A program made the translations under genes and the position numbers. A stretch of DNA of 64,000 bases from NCBI GenBank assembly GCA_018883165.1, contig VEQN01000002.1, positions 12,134 to 76,133 on the forward strand, written 5' to 3'. Source of the DNA: Candidatus Tayloriibacteriota bacterium. Lineage in GTDB: Bacteria; Patescibacteriota; Minisyncoccia; Phycocordibacterales; CAIZLB01. The notes under the pieces are model-generated. The model did no database searches. It was not told the origin of the DNA and saw only the letters and a program-made list of their open reading frames with translations. Positions 20,862-30,654 of this stretch are shown piece after piece; position 1 is the first letter of the stretch; each line of letters starts with the position of its first letter.

Positions 20862-21131
20862 TTGACTTTACTGGCTTTTTTGCTACTATCTGACTCGGTG
20901 CGTGTAAAACGCATTTTTTATCTGGTATCTTTGGTCTGCATTATTAATTTTATTAGTAAATTCCGGTCCAAAGCAATGCTGATAATTTTATTTATCATTA
21001 ATTAACATAATCGTATTAATTGGGAACTCGGTAGGTTTTTAAGGCGATTATATGGCGTAAAATAACACTCTATTGTGAAGTTGCCATATATCACCCCGGC
21101 TTACGGAGATAGCAATTAAGCAAAATACAAT
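20862..21131 (+). promoter_or_regulatory. tuf promoter and ~235-nt structured leader
   Basis: TTGACT-16-TACTAT with TG extension; several stems, e.g. TATATGGC/GCCATATA. Confidence 0.6.
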
Positions 21132-22322
21132 ATGGCTGAATCATTCGATCGATCAAAACCTCACCTAAACGTAGGTACTATTGGTCACGTAGACCACGGT
21201 AAGACAACTCTTACTGCGGCTATTCTTAACACATTGGCTCGAGCTGGAAAGCAAGCTACAGTAAAGAATGTAAATGATATCGACAAGGCTCCTGAAGAAA
21301 AAGCACGAGGTATTACAATCTCACTTTCTCACTCAGAGTACGCAACAGACGCTCGACACTATGCGCACATTGACGCTCCAGGTCACGCGGACTACATCAA
21401 GAACATGATTACTGGTGCAGCGCAGATGGACGGTGCTATCCTCGTGGTAGCAGCGACTGACGGTGCGATGCCACAAACTCGAGAACACGTTCTCTTGGCT
21501 AAGCAGGTAGGTGTGCCAAAGATCATCGTATTCTTGAACAAGTGTGATATGGTTCCAGATGCTGACATGCTCGACCTTGTAGAAGCTGAAATCCGAGAAC
21601 TTCTAGCGAAGAACGGATTCGATGAAAACGCTCCTGTTATCAGAGGTTCTGCTCTCAAGGCTCTTGAAGATGAATCAGGTCAGGGTGAATGGTCACAGAA
21701 GGTTCTCGAACTCGCGAACGCTCTTGATACATACATTCCAGTTCCTGTTCGAGAAACTGACAAACCATTCCTTATGCCTATCGAAGACATTTTCTCTATC
21801 GAAGGTCGAGGAACTGTAGTTACAGGTAAGATTGAACGAGGTATGGTAAAAGTTGGTGAAGAAATTGAAATTGTAGGTCTTAAGGATACTACAAAGACAA
21901 CTGTTACTGGTATCGAAATGTTCAACAAGCAGCTTAACGAAGGTATGGCTGGAGACAACGCTGGTATCCTTCTCCGAGGTGCTAAGAAAGAAGATCTTAC
22001 ACGAGGTCAGGTTATCGCTAAGACAGGTTCAGTAACTCCACACACAGAATTTGAAGCTGAAGTGTACATCCTTAAGAAGGAAGAAGGTGGACGACATACT
22101 CCATTCTTCACAGGTTACAAGCCACAGTTCTACGTACGAACTACAGACGTTACTGGTGAAGTAACTCTAAAGGAAGGTGTAGAAATGGTTATGCCTGGTG
22201 ACACAGTAACATTCAAGGTTAAACTCGTAGCTCCTATTGCTCTTGAAGACAAGCAGCGATTTGCTATCCGAGAAGGAGGTAAAACTGTAGGTGCTGGTGT
22301 AGTTACAAAGATTGTTGCGTAA
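21132..22322 (+). CDS. tuf: Elongation factor Tu
   Basis: Motifs [32 protein letters not shown]. Confidence 0.99.
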   Translation: MAESFDRSKPHLNVGTIGHVDHGKTTLTAAILNTLARAGKQATVKNVNDIDKAPEEKARGITISLSHSEYATDARHYAHIDAPGHADYIKNMITGAAQMDGAILVVAATDGAMPQTREHVLLAKQVGVPKIIVFLNKCDMVPDADMLDLVEAEIRELLAKNGFDENAPVIRGSALKALEDESGQGEWSQKVLELANALDTYIPVPVRETDKPFLMPIEDIFSIEGRGTVVTGKIERGMVKVGEEIEIVGLKDTTKTTVTGIEMFNKQLNEGMAGDNAGILLRGAKKEDLTRGQVIAKTGSVTPHTEFEAEVYILKKEEGGRHTPFFTGYKPQFYVRTTDVTGEVTLKEGVEMVMPGDTVTFKVKLVAPIALEDKQRFAIREGGKTVGAGVVTKIVA

Positions 22323-22381
22323 GCAATGTCTTGCCTATGTAACCACGTATGTGGAAATGTAGGAAAACTAATTCATTCACA

Positions 22382-22738
22382 ATGGCTGTAAAAGAAACAA
22401 CAAAAAAGAAATCAGCCGGAAAAGAAGACGGTGTTGCAAAACTTCGAATTCGAGTGCGAGCATATGAATCAAAAATCATAGACGCCTCAATTAAGCAGAT
22501 CATGGATACAGCGCTTCGATACGATGCGACTATCCTTGGTCCAGTTCCTCTCCCAACTGAAAAGAGAATCTATACTGTAAACCGAGCTTCATTCGTGTAC
22601 AAAAATGCACGAGAGCAGTTCGAGATGCGAGTACATAAACGACTCCTCGATATAGTGAACCCTTCAGCGAAAGTAATTGAAGCTTTGACTAATCTTAGTC
22701 TTCCTTCTGGCGTAAACATTGATGTGAAGATGATCTAA
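22382..22738 (+). CDS. rpsJ: 30S ribosomal protein S10
   Basis: Motifs GPVPLPT and REQFEMRVHKR. Confidence 0.97.
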   Translation: MAVKETTKKKSAGKEDGVAKLRIRVRAYESKIIDASIKQIMDTALRYDATILGPVPLPTEKRIYTVNRASFVYKNAREQFEMRVHKRLLDIVNPSAKVIEALTNLSLPSGVNIDVKMI

Positions 22739-22788
22739 GTGTACGTAAGTCGCACAGATTGTCCTCAACAGATGTAATCAACAAAAAC

Positions 22789-23382
22789 ATGAAATTCATA
22801 TTAGGAACAAAACAGAATATGACTCAACTCTTCGATGAGGAGGGCAAAGTTCATCCGGTTACAGTCATTAAGACTGGCGACATGGTTGCTGTTCAAACTA
22901 AAACAAAAATCAAAGATGGCTATGATGCCGTTCAGGTTGGTTTTGGTACGAAGAGTGCTAAGAGGATTAACCAAGCACAGAAGGGTCATATGAAAGAAGG
23001 AAATTATCTTTACCTCAAAGAAATCAAAGATACGCAAGCGGGCGTTGGCGACAAAATTGAATCAACTCTCGAAGCAGGAGACATCGTAGCTGTTTCTGCA
23101 ATCTCAAAGTCTAAAGGCTTTCAGGGTGTAGTAAAGCGACATGGATTCCACGGAGGGCCACGATCTCACGGTCAGAAGCACTCAGAGCGAGAACCAGGTT
23201 CTATTGGCGCAGGTGGTTACCAGCGAGTATTTAAAGGTCGAAAAATGGCAGGACGAACAGGTGGTGATCGAGTAACTGTAAAGAATCTTGTGGTGATGCA
23301 TGTTGATAAGGATGCACAGGAGATTTACGTTCGAGGCGCTATCCCTGGTCGAACTGGAACACTTGTAGAAATACGAGGTTAA
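22789..23382 (+). CDS. rplC: 50S ribosomal protein L3
   Basis: Motifs KGFQGVVKRHGF and GRKMAG. Confidence 0.97.
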   Translation: MKFILGTKQNMTQLFDEEGKVHPVTVIKTGDMVAVQTKTKIKDGYDAVQVGFGTKSAKRINQAQKGHMKEGNYLYLKEIKDTQAGVGDKIESTLEAGDIVAVSAISKSKGFQGVVKRHGFHGGPRSHGQKHSEREPGSIGAGGYQRVFKGRKMAGRTGGDRVTVKNLVVMHVDKDAQEIYVRGAIPGRTGTLVEIRG

Positions 23383-23406
23383 TCTTCACTAAACTAACGA
23401 AATACT

Positions 23407-24105
23407 ATGGCTAAGAAAACAACAAAAGAAAGTACAGAAAAGTTGGAGGTGAAGGTATACGACCAGAGTGGTAAGGCGGTAAGTGATGTATCACTTCCTA
23501 CAAATATCTTCGGTCTTCCAAAGAATGCCGACTTGGTTCACCAGGTTGTAACATCTATGGAAAGCTCAGCTCGAGAACCTATTGCTCACACAAAAACTCG
23601 AGGAGAAGTTAGAGGAGGTGGTAAGAAGCCTTGGCAGCAGAAAGGTACTGGTCGAGCACGACACGGATCATCTAGATCTCCGATCTGGGTAGGTGGAGGT
23701 GTTGCTCACGGTCCTCGAAATGACAAGAACTACAACCGAAAGGTGAACAAGAAGATGAAGGCTAAAGCTATCTACACAATTCTCTCTGAGAAACTACGAG
23801 ATGGTGAAGCGCTTTTCTTGAATGCTCTTACACTTGAGAATCCAAAAACAACTGAAGCTAAGTCAGTTCTTAGTAAGCTCGGAACAATCAAGGGATATGA
23901 AGCTGTTTCAACACGACGAAACAATGCTGCACTCATCCTTGTTCCTGAACTTACACAGAACGTGAAGCTTGGTTTCAGAAACATGGGTAACGTTGAAGTT
24001 ATCGAAACTCGAAACGTGAATCCAGTAACTCTTCTACAATACAAGTTTGTAGTAGTTACAAATCCTGAAGCTGCCATTATTACTCTCGATTCTAAGATGA
24101 AATAA
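23407..24105 (+). CDS. rplD: 50S ribosomal protein L4
   Basis: Motif GGGKKPWQQKGTGRARHGS. Confidence 0.97.
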   Translation: MAKKTTKESTEKLEVKVYDQSGKAVSDVSLPTNIFGLPKNADLVHQVVTSMESSAREPIAHTKTRGEVRGGGKKPWQQKGTGRARHGSSRSPIWVGGGVAHGPRNDKNYNRKVNKKMKAKAIYTILSEKLRDGEALFLNALTLENPKTTEAKSVLSKLGTIKGYEAVSTRRNNAALILVPELTQNVKLGFRNMGNVEVIETRNVNPVTLLQYKFVVVTNPEAAIITLDSKMK

Positions 24106-24110
24106 CAGTC

Positions 24111-24404
24111 ATGAATACTTCAATCAAAAAGCACAACATGGATGTTATCAAGCGTCCTCGAATCACAGAGAAAGCAGCAATTGCATCAGAGAAAGGAACA
24201 TACGTGTTCGAAGTAACTGGTAACGCAACAAAAGCGGCAATTAAAGCAGCTGTGAAGGAACTCTATAAAGTAACTCCTGTTTCAGTGAACGTTGCTAAAA
24301 ACCCAGTCAAAAAAACTTATGTTCGTGGTAAAAAAGGAACAAAAGGTGGCGTGGTTAAAGCATACGTTACACTTAAAAAGGGTGACAAAATAGAGCTCGC
24401 ATAA
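24111..24404 (+). CDS. rplW: 50S ribosomal protein L23
   Basis: Motifs PRITEKA and KAYVTL; operon position. Confidence 0.95.
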   Translation: MNTSIKKHNMDVIKRPRITEKAAIASEKGTYVFEVTGNATKAAIKAAVKELYKVTPVSVNVAKNPVKKTYVRGKKGTKGGVVKAYVTLKKGDKIELA

Positions 24405-24421
24405 TCTGGAACAATACGAAT

Positions 24422-25264
24422 ATGAAACGATATAAACCAACAAGTCCATCACGACGAAATATGACAACGGTAACTTACCGTGGCGTATTGACTGGTGATG
24501 CTCCAGAAAAAAGCCTCGTTCATGGATTTACACGATCCATGGGACGAAACAACCGAGGCCGAATTACTACTCGACATAAGGGGGGTGGTAACAAACGATT
24601 GTTCCGAGATGTAGACTTCACATACGACAAGAAGAATATCCCAGCGAAAATTAAAACAGTTGAATATGATCCAAACCGAACAGCATTCATTGGTCTTGCA
24701 GTATATGCAGACGGTGAGAAGCGATACGTTGTGGTTCCAAAATCAACTAAGCCTGGTCAGAAATTCATCGTTTCTGAAAAAGCTGAAGTTACAGCCGGTA
24801 ACCGACTTCCTTTGATCAACATCCCAGTGGGTACATTCGTGTACAACATTGAGCTTCGACCAAACGGCGGTGCTAAGCTTGTGCGATCAGCGGGTAACTA
24901 TGCTGAAGTAATCGCGCACGACGAAGGATATGCTCTCTTGAAGCTTCCATCTACTGAAGTTCGAAAAGTTATTGCTACTTCTTGGGCAACTGTCGGAGAA
25001 GTATCAAATGACGAGAACTGGCTCCAGAACTGGGGCAAAGCTGGTAAGAGTCGATGGCGAGGTATTCGACCTACAGTCCGAGGTACAGCCATGAACCCTG
25101 TGGATCATCCACACGGAGGAGGTGAAGGCCGACAAGGACGAGGACGAAGACGAGCTATCTCATTCTACGGAAAGCCAACAGGAAAGGGACAGAAGTCACG
25201 AACTCCAAAGAAATATTCAAACCGACTTATCGTTTCACGACGACGAGTTGGCAAGAACAAGTAA
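24422..25264 (+). CDS. rplB: 50S ribosomal protein L2
   Basis: Motifs EYDPNR and AMNPVDHPHGGGEG. Confidence 0.98.
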   Translation: MKRYKPTSPSRRNMTTVTYRGVLTGDAPEKSLVHGFTRSMGRNNRGRITTRHKGGGNKRLFRDVDFTYDKKNIPAKIKTVEYDPNRTAFIGLAVYADGEKRYVVVPKSTKPGQKFIVSEKAEVTAGNRLPLINIPVGTFVYNIELRPNGGAKLVRSAGNYAEVIAHDEGYALLKLPSTEVRKVIATSWATVGEVSNDENWLQNWGKAGKSRWRGIRPTVRGTAMNPVDHPHGGGEGRQGRGRRRAISFYGKPTGKGQKSRTPKKYSNRLIVSRRRVGKNK

Positions 25265-25280
25265 CATCGCGAGATATACG

Positions 25281-25366
25281 CAAAAAAGCCCTAGAAATGG
25301 GGCTTTTTTGTTATATATAAAAGCAAACCCTGCGAGTCTCACTGGACTTCACAGGGTTTGTGTTTT
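25281..25366. terminator. Two back-to-back terminators (rplB and the inserted orphan)
   Basis: AAAAAAGCCC...GGGCTTTTTTG and CAAACCCTG...CAGGGTTTG. Confidence 0.8.
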
Positions 25367-25375
25367 TGCGGTGCG

Positions 25376-25624
25376 TTAAATTGCCACTAATGTTCCGTTG
25401 GGGTCGTATGTGACACTCACCACGGTGCTGCTCAGGGTGTTTCCCTCAAGAACACTGTAGCCCCGCATTTCGCCGGGGTTGAGTGCTACGACACCGAATC
25501 CTCCGTCGGTTTTTTTATAGAGGACAGGGTGGACTTGAAGCCCTGCACCGGAGAATGCTGCTCTGATACCGGGAATTTGCTTGTTTGCGGTCTCGATGGA
25601 TGTGAATGTAATGTTCTTCGACAT
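25376..25624 (-). CDS. Orphan ~82-aa protein inserted between rplB and rpsS
   Basis: ATG preceded by a C/A-rich tract; own promoter TTGACA-17-TATTGT (25799-25771) and terminator. Confidence 0.6.
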   Translation of the reverse strand: MSKNITFTSIETANKQIPGIRAAFSGAGLQVHPVLYKKTDGGFGVVALNPGEMRGYSVLEGNTLSSTVVSVTYDPNGTLVAI

Positions 25625-25828
25625 GGGTGGAATGTGTTCGTGTTTGTTCACGATCGGACAGACAGTTGTCGTCTTGGTTCAACCGTGATATCAAAAAACG
25701 TATATTTGTAGCCATACATTTGCTAGTATCACAGTTGAACGATTTCCACCAAAGATTGATTCTGGTGGAGACAATACTACTCATGTGTGAATGTGTCAAA
25801 AAACAGCTATGTTTCCTTGTGGAAGCAT

Positions 25829-25958
25829 TTGACATACTTTTCATTTCTGCTAATATGCTCCACATAAGCTCTGTTAGGGCTATTATTTTTCGCAGTAAGT
25901 TATGTGAAAGATAGATACTGAAAAGTATCTCTTTTTCATAAGACACTGCTACAACACA
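25829..25958 (+). promoter_or_regulatory. rpsS promoter and structured leader
   Basis: TTGACA-16-TAATAT; long stem capped by AGATACT-GAAA-AGTATCT. Confidence 0.65.
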
Positions 25959-26303
25959 ATGACACGATCACTCAAAAAAGGTCCATACGTTGAATCTCGA
26001 CTTCTTAAGAAGATTGAGGGAAAGAACCCAAGAGAAACTGGGGTTATTAAGACTTGGTATCGACGAAGCCAGATCTCTCCAGAAATGGTTGGTTTTACAT
26101 TTGGCGTATACAACGGAAAGGTGCACGTTGAAGTGCTTGTAACAGAAGATATGGTAGGCCACAGACTAGGTGAATTCTCTCCAACACGAAAATTTGTTCG
26201 ACACGGAGGTAAGATGCAGAAGGAACTTGATGCAGCTAAGAAGCAGGCTGAAATTGATTCAGCAAAAGCTGCTAAGGCCACAGCAACTGACGCTAAAAAA
26301 TAA
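25959..26303 (+). CDS. rpsS: 30S ribosomal protein S19
   Basis: Motifs RSLKKGPY and [13 protein letters not shown]. Confidence 0.98.
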   Translation: MTRSLKKGPYVESRLLKKIEGKNPRETGVIKTWYRRSQISPEMVGFTFGVYNGKVHVEVLVTEDMVGHRLGEFSPTRKFVRHGGKMQKELDAAKKQAEIDSAKAAKATATDAKK

Positions 26304-26321
26304 TTAATATAAATTCTTACC

Positions 26322-26690
26322 ATGAAAGCAATCCTACGAAACTATAGACAATCTCCACGAAAAGTAAGCCTAGCGGCAGGACTTGTACGTGGTAAGAAGG
26401 TTAAAGATGCACTCACTCAGCTTAACTTCACAGTAAAGCGAGCTTCTTCTCCTGTTGCTAAACTTATCGAAAGTGCGGTATCAAATGCAAAGAATGCAGG
26501 TGTAGTAGACACTGATTCATTGATTGTAAAAGAAATTCGAGTTGATAAAGGAATTGTTCTCAAGAGAATGATGCCACGAGCTCGAGGTTCTGCATCACGA
26601 ATCAACAAGCGATCATCACATGTGATGGTTGTTCTTGCTGAACCTACAGAGTCGAAAAAGAAAGCTAAAGCTAAAAAAGCAACAAAGTAA
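26322..26690 (+). CDS. rplV: 50S ribosomal protein L22
   Basis: Motifs RQSPRK and PRARG. Confidence 0.97.
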   Translation: MKAILRNYRQSPRKVSLAAGLVRGKKVKDALTQLNFTVKRASSPVAKLIESAVSNAKNAGVVDTDSLIVKEIRVDKGIVLKRMMPRARGSASRINKRSSHVMVVLAEPTESKKKAKAKKATK

Positions 26691-26705
26691 TATTTAATCA
26701 ATAAC

Positions 26706-27362
26706 ATGTCACATACAGTACACCCATACGCACATAGACTAGGTATCATCAAGGGATGGAAATCTCGATGGTTTTCAATGCACGGTCAGTTCCGAAACAA
26801 TCTTAAGGCTGATATTCTCCTCCGAGAATTCCTCGCAAAGAAGCTTCGAAGTATGTATGTTGCTGATGTTGAGATTGAGCGAAACGACAAGAGTTTCCGA
26901 GTTATCATCAAAACATCACGACCTGGTATCATCATTGGACGAAACGGTGAAGGTGTAACTAAACTTAAAAACGATATCCTCGCGTTCCTCAAGAAGATTG
27001 ATGTTTCTGTAAAAGGTGATTTCAAACTTGAAATCGAAGAAGTTAAGTCTCCAGAAGCAAGTGCTTCAATTGTTGCTCAGATGATTGCAGAAGGTCTTGA
27101 AAAGCGAATGCCTTTCCGACGAGTAATGAAGCAGATGATTGATAAGGTTATGGCATGTCGAGAAGTGAAGGGTGTACGAATCTTCCTATCAGGACGACTT
27201 GGTGGTGCTGAAATGGCACGACAAGAAGAACTAAAGAAGGGTCGAGTTCCACTTCAGACTATTCGAGCTGATATTGACTTCAAGCGATTTGAAGCAAATC
27301 TTCCTTACGGAAATATCGGTATCAAGGTTTGGGTTTATAAAGGTGACGTTTTTAAGAAGTAA
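26706..27362 (+). CDS. rpsC: 30S ribosomal protein S3
   Basis: Motifs RPGIIIG, SGRLGGAEMAR, PLQTIRADID. Confidence 0.98.
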   Translation: MSHTVHPYAHRLGIIKGWKSRWFSMHGQFRNNLKADILLREFLAKKLRSMYVADVEIERNDKSFRVIIKTSRPGIIIGRNGEGVTKLKNDILAFLKKIDVSVKGDFKLEIEEVKSPEASASIVAQMIAEGLEKRMPFRRVMKQMIDKVMACREVKGVRIFLSGRLGGAEMARQEELKKGRVPLQTIRADIDFKRFEANLPYGNIGIKVWVYKGDVFKK

Positions 27363-27371
27363 TTTACTACC

Positions 27372-27794
27372 ATGTTGTATCCTAAGAAAGTAAAATTCAG
27401 AAAGTGGCAGAAGAACCGACAGAACCCAAAGTTCATTGGTGCTGAAACACGAGGTACTGATCTTAGCTTCGGATCATTTGGTCTTAAAGCTACTTCATAC
27501 AACCAACTTACATCTAACCAGATTGAATCTGCTCGAAAGGTAATTGCACGATCAGCTGGTAAAACAGGCCGAATCTGGATCCGAGTTTTCCCAGACCGAC
27601 CATTTACTCAGAAGGCTGCTGAAGTACCGATGGGTAAGGGTAAAGGTGAACCACAAGGCTTCTGTGTAGATGTACTTCCTGGTCGAATCATCTTCGAAAT
27701 TGACGGTATTCCAGCAGATGTTGCGCGAGAAGCTCTTCGAAAGGCTGGAACAAAGCTTCCTGTAAAAGCTAAAGTAGTTGCGCGAGCACATTAA
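27372..27794 (+). CDS. rplP: 50S ribosomal protein L16
   Basis: Motifs WIRVFPD and MGKGKG. Confidence 0.98.
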   Translation: MLYPKKVKFRKWQKNRQNPKFIGAETRGTDLSFGSFGLKATSYNQLTSNQIESARKVIARSAGKTGRIWIRVFPDRPFTQKAAEVPMGKGKGEPQGFCVDVLPGRIIFEIDGIPADVAREALRKAGTKLPVKAKVVARAH

Positions 27795-27811
27795 TTCTTA
27801 ATTTAAATACC

Positions 27812-28006
27812 ATGGCAGACTTCAAAGGAAAAAACAAAAAAGAATTAGTGAAGCTTCTCAATGAGAAGAAGGATGAGCCACGAGCATTCAAGCTTGGTAA
27901 CTCACGATCAAAGACAAAGAACGTGAAAGAGGGTCGAAACATCCGAAAAGATGTAGCACGAATCATGACTGAACTAACATCAGTAATGAAAGCTGATAAC
28001 AAATAA
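27812..28006 (+). CDS. rpmC: 50S ribosomal protein L29
   Basis: IRKDVARIMT; position between rplP and rpsQ. Confidence 0.9.
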   Translation: MADFKGKNKKELVKLLNEKKDEPRAFKLGNSRSKTKNVKEGRNIRKDVARIMTELTSVMKADNK

Positions 28007-28020
28007 TTTAAATTACAAAC

Positions 28021-28269
28021 ATGACTAAGACACAAACAACTTCAAAGAAACGAGTACTCACAGGAGTAGTGGTATCTGACAAAATGAAAGATACTTGCAC
28101 TGTTCTTGTAGAACGATTCGTAAAGCTTCCAAAGTACGAAAAGTATGTAACCGTTACGAAGAAGTATAAGGCTCACAACCCTGGGAACACTAAGAAAATT
28201 GGTGACAAGGTTTCAATTGAGGAGTGTCGACCTATCTCAAAAGATAAGAAATTTATTGTAATAAACTAA
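28021..28269 (+). CDS. rpsQ: 30S ribosomal protein S17
   Basis: Motifs GVVVSDKM and ECRPISK. Confidence 0.97.
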   Translation: MTKTQTTSKKRVLTGVVVSDKMKDTCTVLVERFVKLPKYEKYVTVTKKYKAHNPGNTKKIGDKVSIEECRPISKDKKFIVIN

Positions 28270-28270
28270 C

Positions 28271-28651
28271 ATGATTCAGCCACGATCAATAGTATCAATA
28301 GCGGATAACTCAGGTGCTACAATAGGCCGAGTATTCAAAGTTCTCGGAAGTTCAAAGAAGCGATATGCTGAACTTGGGGAAGTCGTAGTTATCTCAATCC
28401 AAAAAGCTCAGCCACGAAAGAGTGTAAAGAAGAAGGATGTACACAAGGCTGTAGTAGTACGACAGAAGAAAGCATACCGACGAAAAGATGGTTCATACGT
28501 TCGATTCGACGAGAATGCAGTTGTACTTCTAGTTAAAGCTGGTAAGGATAAGACTGAACCGTTGGCAGGTCGAATCTTCGGTCCAATTCCACGAGAGCTC
28601 CAGGAAGCTGGATATCAGAAGATTGCATCTCTTGCACCTGAAATCGTATAG
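28271..28651 (+). CDS. rplN: 50S ribosomal protein L14
   Basis: Motifs ADNSGA, RFDENAVV, RIFGP. Confidence 0.98.
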   Translation: MIQPRSIVSIADNSGATIGRVFKVLGSSKKRYAELGEVVVISIQKAQPRKSVKKKDVHKAVVVRQKKAYRRKDGSYVRFDENAVVLLVKAGKDKTEPLAGRIFGPIPRELQEAGYQKIASLAPEIV

Positions 28652-28670
28652 TAAACATAACGTAAGAAAC

Positions 28671-28925
28671 ATGAATATCAAAAAAGGCGACAATGTAATA
28701 GTGATAGCAGGAAAGGAAAAAGGCAAAACAGCCAAGGTTGTTAAAGCTATTCCTTCTCTAAACAAGGTGGTACTTGAAGGCTTGAATATGGTAAAGAAGC
28801 ATAAGCGAGCTTCAGGTAACCAGAAAGGTCAGCTTGTTGAATTCGCTGCGCCGATTCATGTTTCAAATGTTTCGCTTGCAGACAAAGTAAAAAAAGGTCG
28901 AGCTACAAAGAAAGCTACTAAATAA
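28671..28925 (+). CDS. rplX: 50S ribosomal protein L24
   Basis: Motifs IKKGDNVIVIAGKEKG and PIHVSNV. Confidence 0.96.
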   Translation: MNIKKGDNVIVIAGKEKGKTAKVVKAIPSLNKVVLEGLNMVKKHKRASGNQKGQLVEFAAPIHVSNVSLADKVKKGRATKKATK

Positions 28926-28937
28926 TATATTACCAAC

Positions 28938-29492
28938 ATGAAACATCTAACTGTAAAAGAAAAAGCACAAGGACTATACGAATCAATGAAGGGTCAGTTT
29001 GGATACACAAACATGTTCCAGGCACCACGAATGGTTAAGGTTATTCTTTCTGCTACAACTGGATCAATTAAAGATCCTAAAAAGCGAGAACTCATCGGTG
29101 ATCGACTCACAAAAATCTCAGGTCAGAAAGTATCAATCAAGGCTGCAAAGAAGTCTATGGCAGCATTTAAGGTACGACAGGGTGACAATGTGGGTTGGCA
29201 GGTGACTCTACGAGGTGAGAGAATGTGGAGTTTCCTTGAGAAACTTGTAAACATTGCGCTTCCTCGAACTCGAGACTTCCGAGGTATCGATTCTAAATCA
29301 GTAGATGCTATGGGTAACTATACTCTTGGTATCAAGGAACATACTGTGTTCCCAGAAACATCTGATGAAGAAATTAAGGATGTATTCGGATTCGCAGTAA
29401 CAATTGTGTCTACGTCGAAGACTAAAGAAGAAACTAAGGATATGATGGAAAAGCTTGGTTTCCTCTTTAAAAAAATTGACACAGCGAAATAG
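28938..29492 (+). CDS. rplE: 50S ribosomal protein L5
   Basis: Motifs VTLRG and LPRTRDFRG. Confidence 0.97.
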   Translation: MKHLTVKEKAQGLYESMKGQFGYTNMFQAPRMVKVILSATTGSIKDPKKRELIGDRLTKISGQKVSIKAAKKSMAAFKVRQGDNVGWQVTLRGERMWSFLEKLVNIALPRTRDFRGIDSKSVDAMGNYTLGIKEHTVFPETSDEEIKDVFGFAVTIVSTSKTKEETKDMMEKLGFLFKKIDTAK

Positions 29493-29519
29493 AACTGTTA
29501 GCATCAACGAACAAACAAC

Positions 29520-29705
29520 ATGGCAAAGACATCAACAGTAGCACGATCATCAAAAACACCTAGATTCAAAAGTCGAGTAGTTCGACGGTGTTTCCGATGC
29601 GGTCGAAAACACGGATACATGCGAGATTTCGATATGTGTCGAATTTGTTTCCGAGAGGCAGCAAATGAAGGTCTTATTCCAGGTATAACAAAAGCATCAT
29701 GGTAG
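29520..29705 (+). CDS. rpsN: 30S ribosomal protein S14 (Zn-ribbon type)
   Basis: RCFRCGR...CRICFRE. Confidence 0.96.
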   Translation: MAKTSTVARSSKTPRFKSRVVRRCFRCGRKHGYMRDFDMCRICFREAANEGLIPGITKASW

Positions 29706-30088
29706 ACGTAATTGCAGAACTAACAAATAATCTTAAGGTTTCAAATCTTGCAGGAAAAGATATGGTAACTTTGCCATACTCTAAGTATCGAGAATCTATT
29801 CTTGAAGCACTTAAGCGAGCAGGTTTTATCAAGTCTTTCGAACTGAAAGGTAAGAAAGTAATCAAGACTATCGAGGTTGAACTCGCATACGAAGATGGTA
29901 AGTCTGCGATTCAGGGAGTTGAACTCATTTCAAAGTACTCACGACGAATGTATTCTCCAAAGGATGCAATCAAGAGTGTACGAAGTGGCTACGGTGCCCT
30001 CATAGTTACAACATCAAAGGGTGTAATGACAGGATCTGAAGCTCGAAAGTCGAATGTTGGTGGAGAGGTATTGTTCAAGATTTGGTAA
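29699..30088 (+). CDS. rpsH: 30S ribosomal protein S8
   Basis: Motifs TSKGVMT and GGEVL. Confidence 0.96.
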   Translation: MVDVIAELTNNLKVSNLAGKDMVTLPYSKYRESILEALKRAGFIKSFELKGKKVIKTIEVELAYEDGKSAIQGVELISKYSRRMYSPKDAIKSVRSGYGALIVTTSKGVMTGSEARKSNVGGEVLFKIW

Positions 30089-30106
30089 TTTAATTAATAT
30101 ACATAT

Positions 30107-30640
30107 ATGTCACGAGTAGGAAAGCAAACAATCGAAATACCAGCAAAAACAGAGGTGAATCTCGCTGGTGATGTGTTGACTGTAAAAGGTCCAAAAGGAG
30201 AAATATCAAGACCTTTTAAATCTGTGATTTCAATAAAGATTGAGAACAATCAGATTACACTTACTCCTAACAAGAAAGATCTTGCAACAACTGCACTTTG
30301 GGGAACATACGCTTCACATATTAAGAACATGATTAAGGGCGTTACAGAAGGATATACAGTTAAGCTTGTTCTTGAAGGTATTGGATACAAGGCTGATGTA
30401 AGTGGTAACTCACTCAACATGGCACTTGGTTTCTCACACCCTGTGAAAATTGAAATCCCAGCTGGTGTTACTGTGGCATCAGAAAAGGGTATCCTTACAT
30501 TCTCAAGTATTAACAAAGAAACTGTTACACAGTTTGCAGCAACAATCCGATCATTGAAGAAGCCTGAACCATATAAAGGAAAAGGTTTCCGATATGAGGA
30601 TGAGAAGATTAAGCGAAAGCAAGGTAAGAAAGCAGCATAA
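30107..30640 (+). CDS. rplF: 50S ribosomal protein L6
   Basis: Motifs MSRVGK and PEPYKGKG. Confidence 0.97.
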   Translation: MSRVGKQTIEIPAKTEVNLAGDVLTVKGPKGEISRPFKSVISIKIENNQITLTPNKKDLATTALWGTYASHIKNMIKGVTEGYTVKLVLEGIGYKADVSGNSLNMALGFSHPVKIEIPAGVTVASEKGILTFSSINKETVTQFAATIRSLKKPEPYKGKGFRYEDEKIKRKQGKKAA

Positions 30641-30654
30641 CATTTAGTAAATAT

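Noticed and set aside
20784-21005. 73-aa hydrophobic ORF before tuf
   Set aside because: TTG start, runs through a terminator and the tuf promoter; hydrophobicity follows from T-rich DNA.
11919-25310. Recurrent AAAAGCCCC...GGGGCTTTT hairpins as CRISPR, REP or attC sites
   Set aside because: Single copies at gene ends with U tracts, no regular spacing, and no cas or integrase gene; they behave as terminators.
25515-25946. ORFs 25515-25946 (-) and 25627-25914 (+)
   Set aside because: They span two divergent promoters and structured leaders; a regulatory explanation fits better.
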